Source of the DNA: Candidatus Angelobacter sp.
GTDB taxonomy: Bacteria > Acidobacteriota > Terriglobia > Terriglobales > Acidobacteriaceae
Length of the DNA stretch: 29,970 bases
Direction: 5' to 3'
Assembly: GCA_036515395.1 (NCBI GenBank)
Contig: DATBVH010000280.1
Span: forward strand, 1 to 29,970
Below are positions 25,246 through 29,970 of this stretch, piece by piece. The position numbers were made by a program, and so were the translations under genes. The notes beneath the pieces are model-generated. The model worked only from the letters and a program-made list of their open reading frames with translations. It was not told where the DNA came from and did no database searches. Within the stretch, counting starts at the first letter, position 1, and each line of letters begins with the position of its first letter.

Positions 25246-27388
25246 GAACAGTGACCGCCTATACAACCTGCTTCCTGTTTACATCCGCCAGCGCGATGTG
25301 ATTGCCGGGCAGCCTTTGCGCGCGCTGCTGCAGGTAGTCTCGGAGCAGGTCAACCAGTTGGAGAGCGACGTTCAGCAGCTCTATGAAAACTGGTTTATTG
25401 AAACGTGCGAAGACTGGGTGGTCCCATATATTGGTGAGCTGGTGGGATACCAACTGCCCCCGCAAGCCGCGCTGACCGGCGCTGCAACGGATGGGCCGGG
25501 GCAACGCAGGCGTGTTCTGTCGCCACGCCGGGATGTCGCAAATGTAATCAGCTACCGCCAGCGCAAAGGGACTTTGGCTCTACTGGAACAGCTGGCGCAT
25601 GACCTTGCAGGATGGCCGGCACGGGCCGTTGAGTTCGGCAGGCTATTGGATGTCACCCAATCCATGCATCACCTGCGCTCTGAGCGGGGGAAATCCGTTA
25701 GCGTACGGCAAGTAGAGGCGCTGGAACTGCTTGGCTCGCCTTTCGATCTGCTGTCTCATTCAGTCGATGTCCACCGTATCGACTCCATGTACCGCCGGGG
25801 CCGCTACAGCATCCCCAACATTGGCGTGTTCGTCTTTCGCCTGCAGCCCTATACCGTCACCCGCGCGGAAGCACGATGCATGGAAGAAGAAGACAATGCC
25901 GGAGGCAACTGTTTTACGTTTAGCCCACTCGGCAATGACACTGCGTTATTTTGTTCTCCGGAAGCAGAGTCCGCGCCGAGGCGCTTCTCCGGTGAATTGA
26001 ATCTTCCCACCGCCATCCGCCGGCGCGCTTTTGAAGAGCATCTTTCGGAACGACCGCACAACATCGCCTCCGCCCGCTATTACGGCGAGGGCAAGAGTAT
26101 TACTCTCTGGGATGGCCGGCAGGCGATGGCTCCCATATCCCGGGAATTAATCATTCCCGCTGACCTGACGCGCTGGCACTATTCACCGCCTTCAGGTTAC
26201 GTTGCGATAGATCCTGAGCTTGGCCGCATCTGTTTTCACCCTGGTGAGGAACCGGAGGATGTAATCGTGAGCTATTCCTACGGCTTCAGCGATGAGATTG
26301 GAGGCGGCGAGTATCCACGGCCGGAATTCGCGCTCCAGAACGAACGACTCTATACGGTAGACTCTGGTGGGGCGGAAGCGCGAGGGCTTCTGCGCAAAGC
26401 GCTGGAGCAGTGGAAAGCAGAGCGACCGAAACGCGCTGTCATTGAAATCACTGATAGCCAGACCTACAGCGAGGACCGGCTGCCTATTGAACTCGCGCCA
26501 GGGCAGTTCCTGGAATTTCGCGCCCGGCAGGGGACGCGCCCCATTGTCCGCATCACTGATTCGGAATCAGGCCGGGCTGAGTCACTCTCCATCAGCGGGA
26601 GCGGCGGCGGAACTTGTATTTTTGACGGGGTGACCCTGACAGGGAGAGGCATCCAGGTCAAAGGTGGTGTGGAGGAAGTGATTTTCCGCCACAGCACTCT
26701 CGTCCCTGGATGGGGATTACATCACGATTGCAGGCCACGGCATGCCGGAGAGCCGAGCATTCTGCTCTTCAACAGCAGCGCCCGCGTGACCATCGAGCAT
26801 TCTATTGTGGGTGGCATCCGCTGTGAGCAACGCGAGAGAAAAAACGAGCCGAATGTCGTCCGGATTACGGATAGCATCCTGGACGCAACGGACCTCACGG
26901 CTGAGGCGGTGTGGTCTGAAGAAACGTTTGCCGCGTTTATCAAGCTCACAATCGCGCGTTCTACAGTGATCGGCAAAATGTTGCTTCACCAGGTCGAGCT
27001 TGCGGAAAACTGTATTTTCACCGGTGAAGTCACCGTGGCGCGCAGGCAATCCGGCTGTTTCCGATTCTGCTATGTGCCGCCTCATTCCATTACTCCGCGC
27101 CGCTATCACTGTCAGCCCGACCTGGCGATTAGCGCCCATGATGCGTTGAATCGGGCGGCTGCGGAGATGAGCGTGGCGCCGGTTTTCAGCAGCACACGTT
27201 ACGGCAACCCAACTTATTGCCAACTGGCTGAGAGCTGCCCCAATGAAATCCGAAGTGGAGCTGACGATGAGTCGGAGATGGGTGTATTTCACAATTTGTT
27301 TCAGCCGCAGCGCTATGCCGGATTGCGGACGCGGCTTGAGGAATATGTCCCGGCAGGCTCCCAGGTAGGAATTATCTTTGCGAGCTAG
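25238..27388 (+). CDS. Baseplate gpI/gp7-like protein (Afp12 equivalent) with a C-terminal right-handed beta-helix-like region
   Basis: RLYNLLPVYIRQRD, WFIETCEDWVVPYIGELVG, RRDVANVISYRQRKGTL; later strand repeats (IFRHSTLV, TIEHSIVG, RITDSILD, TIARSTVIG, AENCIFTG); ends GADDESEMGVFH. 716 aa. Confidence 0.8.
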   Translation: MLENSDRLYNLLPVYIRQRDVIAGQPLRALLQVVSEQVNQLESDVQQLYENWFIETCEDWVVPYIGELVGYQLPPQAALTGAATDGPGQRRRVLSPRRDVANVISYRQRKGTLALLEQLAHDLAGWPARAVEFGRLLDVTQSMHHLRSERGKSVSVRQVEALELLGSPFDLLSHSVDVHRIDSMYRRGRYSIPNIGVFVFRLQPYTVTRAEARCMEEEDNAGGNCFTFSPLGNDTALFCSPEAESAPRRFSGELNLPTAIRRRAFEEHLSERPHNIASARYYGEGKSITLWDGRQAMAPISRELIIPADLTRWHYSPPSGYVAIDPELGRICFHPGEEPEDVIVSYSYGFSDEIGGGEYPRPEFALQNERLYTVDSGGAEARGLLRKALEQWKAERPKRAVIEITDSQTYSEDRLPIELAPGQFLEFRARQGTRPIVRITDSESGRAESLSISGSGGGTCIFDGVTLTGRGIQVKGGVEEVIFRHSTLVPGWGLHHDCRPRHAGEPSILLFNSSARVTIEHSIVGGIRCEQRERKNEPNVVRITDSILDATDLTAEAVWSEETFAAFIKLTIARSTVIGKMLLHQVELAENCIFTGEVTVARRQSGCFRFCYVPPHSITPRRYHCQPDLAISAHDALNRAAAEMSVAPVFSSTRYGNPTYCQLAESCPNEIRSGADDESEMGVFHNLFQPQRYAGLRTRLEEYVPAGSQVGIIFAS

Positions 27389-27397
27389 GAGGAGTTC

Positions 27398-28834
27398 ATG
27401 AAAGGGGATTTTTCCCGATTTAACTTCGAGGCCAGGAAGGACTCTGCGAAGAAGCACTATGCACGTGTCCTGAAGCAGCAGGGCCGAGTGGACCTTGATG
27501 CTGACTGGAACGAACAGGTCGCTATTCTTTTGCATCGGCTGGAAACCATGGCGGCGGATATCATCGGTCCATTTGGAGGGCCAAGAGACGCGTGTGGATT
27601 CGAGATCACTCCAGACAAATGGGATTTCAAAATCTCCAAAGGCAGATACTACGTCGGCGGACTGCTCTGTGAGAACGACGACGAAAATACGACATTTCTC
27701 AAACAACCGTTTGCTCCTGCCGAAATGAAATTCACGCCGGGAATAACCTACGTGGTGTATCTCCAGGCATGGGAGCATTACGTAAATTCGATTGAAGATC
27801 CTGGCATTCTGGAGAAGGCGCTCGGCGGGACCGATACGGCAGGCCGTTCGAAGGTGGTATGGCGGGTAATGGCAAATGAATTCAATCCCTATAACGACGT
27901 GGAAAGCGTGAAACAAGCCATTAGGGAGGCAGAGACTGCCAATCCATCGGCAGACAAGAAAAGGCTGTTCACCTGCAAGATGCTACGGGACCATTGGCAC
28001 GATGTGCGGAACGTCTTTCATCCTCCAAACCGCGGGATGCTAAGTGTGCGGGCGGAACAACATGACCCGCGCAGTTCCAGTCCCTGTATTACGTCTCCTG
28101 CCGCCCGGTTTCGCGGCACGGAGAATCAGCTTTATCGTGTTGAAGTCCACTCGGGAGGTCCTGCCTCGGCCAGCCCGGTAAAACGGTCCAGCAAAGGCGT
28201 CATTGATCCCAATCTGGCAAGCTTCAGATGGTCACGAGAAAATGGCTCAGTCGTGTTTCCCGTAATTTCCGGTTCGGGAAATACAGTGACTCTTGCCGGG
28301 ATGAGAGGGGATGCAACACTTGACCTTAAGGTAGGAGACTATGTGGAACTGGTGGATGACGCCTCTGCTCGGCAGCCATCCACGCCGCTCATGCAAGTGG
28401 AAAATGTGAAGCAGTCTGAAAGGCAAGTCGTGCTGAAGCCCGCCCCACCCATCATTCCTGAGCACCAACATTCGTATTTGAGGCGCTGGGACCAAAAGGC
28501 AGGAACGGAAAACAAAGGCGGATTGGTCCTGCGCGAAGGAGAAGCCATCATTGTGGAAGATCGCTGGCTTGATCTGGAGGATGGAATCCAGGTTCGGTTC
28601 GAACCGGCCAAAAACGGAGTCCACCAATATCGGCCCGGCGATTACTGGTGCATTCCAGCCCGCACTGTTGACGATGGCAAAATCGACTGGCCGAGCCCTG
28701 TGGAGCCCCATGGCATTGACTATCGCTTTGCCCCCCTTGCGGTCTTGAATTGCACTGAGAAAGGGTTTGATCACCAGAATATGGGGAATTGCGTGATACG
28801 TTTTGATCCGCAGGGCCACTTTGGAAAGGTATAA
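27398..28834 (+). CDS. DUF6519-like tail-fibre base protein, with no C-terminal extension
   Basis: MKGDFSR, VLKQQGRVDLDADWNEQ, GRYYVGGLLCEN, ENQLYRVEVH, FRWSRENGSVV, LEDGIQVRF, YRPGDYWCIPART, APLA; SD AGGAGGAG at 27387-27394. 478 aa. Confidence 0.85.
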   Translation: MKGDFSRFNFEARKDSAKKHYARVLKQQGRVDLDADWNEQVAILLHRLETMAADIIGPFGGPRDACGFEITPDKWDFKISKGRYYVGGLLCENDDENTTFLKQPFAPAEMKFTPGITYVVYLQAWEHYVNSIEDPGILEKALGGTDTAGRSKVVWRVMANEFNPYNDVESVKQAIREAETANPSADKKRLFTCKMLRDHWHDVRNVFHPPNRGMLSVRAEQHDPRSSSPCITSPAARFRGTENQLYRVEVHSGGPASASPVKRSSKGVIDPNLASFRWSRENGSVVFPVISGSGNTVTLAGMRGDATLDLKVGDYVELVDDASARQPSTPLMQVENVKQSERQVVLKPAPPIIPEHQHSYLRRWDQKAGTENKGGLVLREGEAIIVEDRWLDLEDGIQVRFEPAKNGVHQYRPGDYWCIPARTVDDGKIDWPSPVEPHGIDYRFAPLAVLNCTEKGFDHQNMGNCVIRFDPQGHFGKV

Positions 28835-28912
28835 GCGTTTAACGACGAATTTGAGCTTGAACTAAGGAGTCAATTTAGAGGTAAGATGTATGACCTCGCG
28901 AGGTACCCTGGC

Positions 28913-29836
28913 ATGATCATTTGTCCTGGATGTAAGGCCGAAAACAAGGACGGCGTTGAGGCGTGCCCTTACTGCGGCACGAGTCTGGTGGCAGCCAAAA
29001 AATCTGCCGCTGCAGCAGCGGGAACCGGCGCCGTATCCTCGGGTAGTGCAGCTCCGGGTTTGAATTCCGCCGCAAATGCCGTCGACTCGGATCAGACAGG
29101 TTCCGGAGCACAATCCGCATCGCAGGTGCACCAAGGGGTGAAGGACTTATCCAGGCAAGTAGAGCTGGCCGTGGAAAAAGTGGTGTTAGGACAACCACAG
29201 AATGGTTCCGCGAATGTCCCGAACACAACACGGCGCAGGCTGCTGGCAGCGCTCGGCCTTGTGGCAACGGGCGGAGCTTCAGGATTTGGCGGGTTTCGCT
29301 TCGGCGCCGGTCATAGTGACGCAGCCAACTCGCAGGATTTGCAAACGAAGCTGCAGCTGCTGCTGACGGCAAATCAGAAACTCAATACCGCTATCGCAGA
29401 ACTCAACCGCCAACTCGCGAGCAAGCAAGCGGAATATGAAAAACTAGCCAAGAAGCAAACTTCATCCAGGAGCCAGGAAACGCAGATGGAGAGTTCGCTG
29501 CGCGTGACGGAGCAGAAGCTGAAGAAGGCGCAGGACGACGCAGCTTCGCTGCAACAACAACTCAATGCAGAACGCCATGGCGCCAAGTACGGCAAGATTG
29601 AGTGGACCGGCAACCTGGACAAAAAGGGAGAATCCCTGCTGGTGGAAATCAACAATGGGAAAGCAATGAAGGGATCGTTGGCCGGTGCGTTACCTGGAGT
29701 TCCCTGCAAAATCTATCCTATTGATGTATCGGCAAGTGTTGTGGAAGCGCCAAACCGCACGAGCCCCAACCATGTGGTCTTCCGCGTATATGGCAAGGGG
29801 AAGACGAGCGTAAGATTCTTCTGGGAAGTCAGCTGA
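28913..29836 (+). CDS. Zinc-ribbon / putative single membrane segment / coiled-coil / beta-domain protein
   Basis: CPGC...CPYC ribbon, Ala/Ser/Gly linker, RRR plus LLAALGLVATGGASGFGGF, heptad-rich coiled coil, C-terminal KIEWTG...LAGALPGVP...VVEAP beta-domain. ATG 28913 has GAGGT 8 nt upstream, better placed than for 28886. 307 aa. Confidence 0.75.
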   Translation: MIICPGCKAENKDGVEACPYCGTSLVAAKKSAAAAAGTGAVSSGSAAPGLNSAANAVDSDQTGSGAQSASQVHQGVKDLSRQVELAVEKVVLGQPQNGSANVPNTTRRRLLAALGLVATGGASGFGGFRFGAGHSDAANSQDLQTKLQLLLTANQKLNTAIAELNRQLASKQAEYEKLAKKQTSSRSQETQMESSLRVTEQKLKKAQDDAASLQQQLNAERHGAKYGKIEWTGNLDKKGESLLVEINNGKAMKGSLAGALPGVPCKIYPIDVSASVVEAPNRTSPNHVVFRVYGKGKTSVRFFWEVS

Positions 29837-29970
29837 CCTGCTGCGACTGGATTAGCACTCCCAAGTCACAAGTGGATCTTCCTCAGCGGGGCCGATTGAT
29901 TCATAAGTGCAGAGATTCGGCTTGGTGGGAACACCGCCGCCTTACCCAACAACCGCTCAGATTCGTCTCG

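Larger units (their letters stand above)
4580..29836 (+). other. Extracellular-type contractile injection system (eCIS) gene cluster
   Basis: Co-oriented sheath, tube, DUF4255 cap, AAA+ ATPase, DUF4157 genes, tube initiator, LysM, hub, spike, PAAR, gp25, two gpJ, gpI and DUF6519. No head, packaging or T6SS membrane genes. Confidence 0.95.

Noticed and set aside
26717-27916. 399-aa minus-strand ORF
   Set aside because: Antisense to the gpI-like and DUF6519 genes, with no recognisable domain.
4580-28834. Prophage or R-type tailocin
   Set aside because: No capsid, portal, terminase, integrase, tape measure or lysis genes; DUF4255, the Afp15-like ATPase and DUF4157 are eCIS markers.
4580-28834. 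Type VI secretion system
   Set aside because: Single gp18-like sheath rather than TssB/TssC, gp19-like tube rather than Hcp, no TssJLM/TssK/TssA, and the ATPase is not ClpV-like.
29225-29310. Tat signal peptide (TRRRLL) in the last gene
   Set aside because: The motif is about 105 aa from the start and no start codon with an SD lies just before it; better read as positive-inside residues before a membrane segment.
29866-29970. 3' end of a convergent minus-strand gene (RDESERLLGKAAVFPPSRISALMNQSAPLRKIHL*)
   Set aside because: Only 34 codons are visible with no motif; cannot be told from chance.

Overview
Most of the window (4580-29836, all + strand) is one tightly coupled gene cluster for an extracellular-type contractile injection system (eCIS; Afp/PVC/MAC relative). 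Gene order: sheath, tube, Zn-ribbon chaperone, a disordered 303-aa protein, DUF4255/Pvc16-like cap, AAA+ ATPase, an 85-aa protein, two tandem DUF4157 cargo proteins with different zinc-metallopeptidase-like C-termini (the first followed by a coupled immunity/adaptor candidate), tube initiator, LysM protein, gp27-like hub, short gp5-like spike, PAAR-like tip, gp25, two baseplate J-like proteins, a gpI-like protein with a beta-helix, a DUF6519 protein ending at its conserved domain, and a Zn-ribbon/membrane/coiled-coil protein. No capsid, terminase, integrase, T6SS membrane complex, lysis gene or canonical tape measure gene is recognisable. An atypical receiver gene lacking the phospho-Asp lies just upstream. 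The left flank holds the 3' end of an MBL-fold (AHL-lactonase-like) gene, a ~50-bp tandem repeat, an ABC-F ATPase and a secreted amidohydrolase. The repeat style and some domains suggest Acidobacteriota, which is an unverified impression. eCIS as a class is known; the candidate novelties are the cargo pair, the fibre-less distal end with a possible membrane anchor, a beta-barrel insertion in the baseplate and the pseudo-receiver. All family assignments are from motif recognition by eye; no database search was run.
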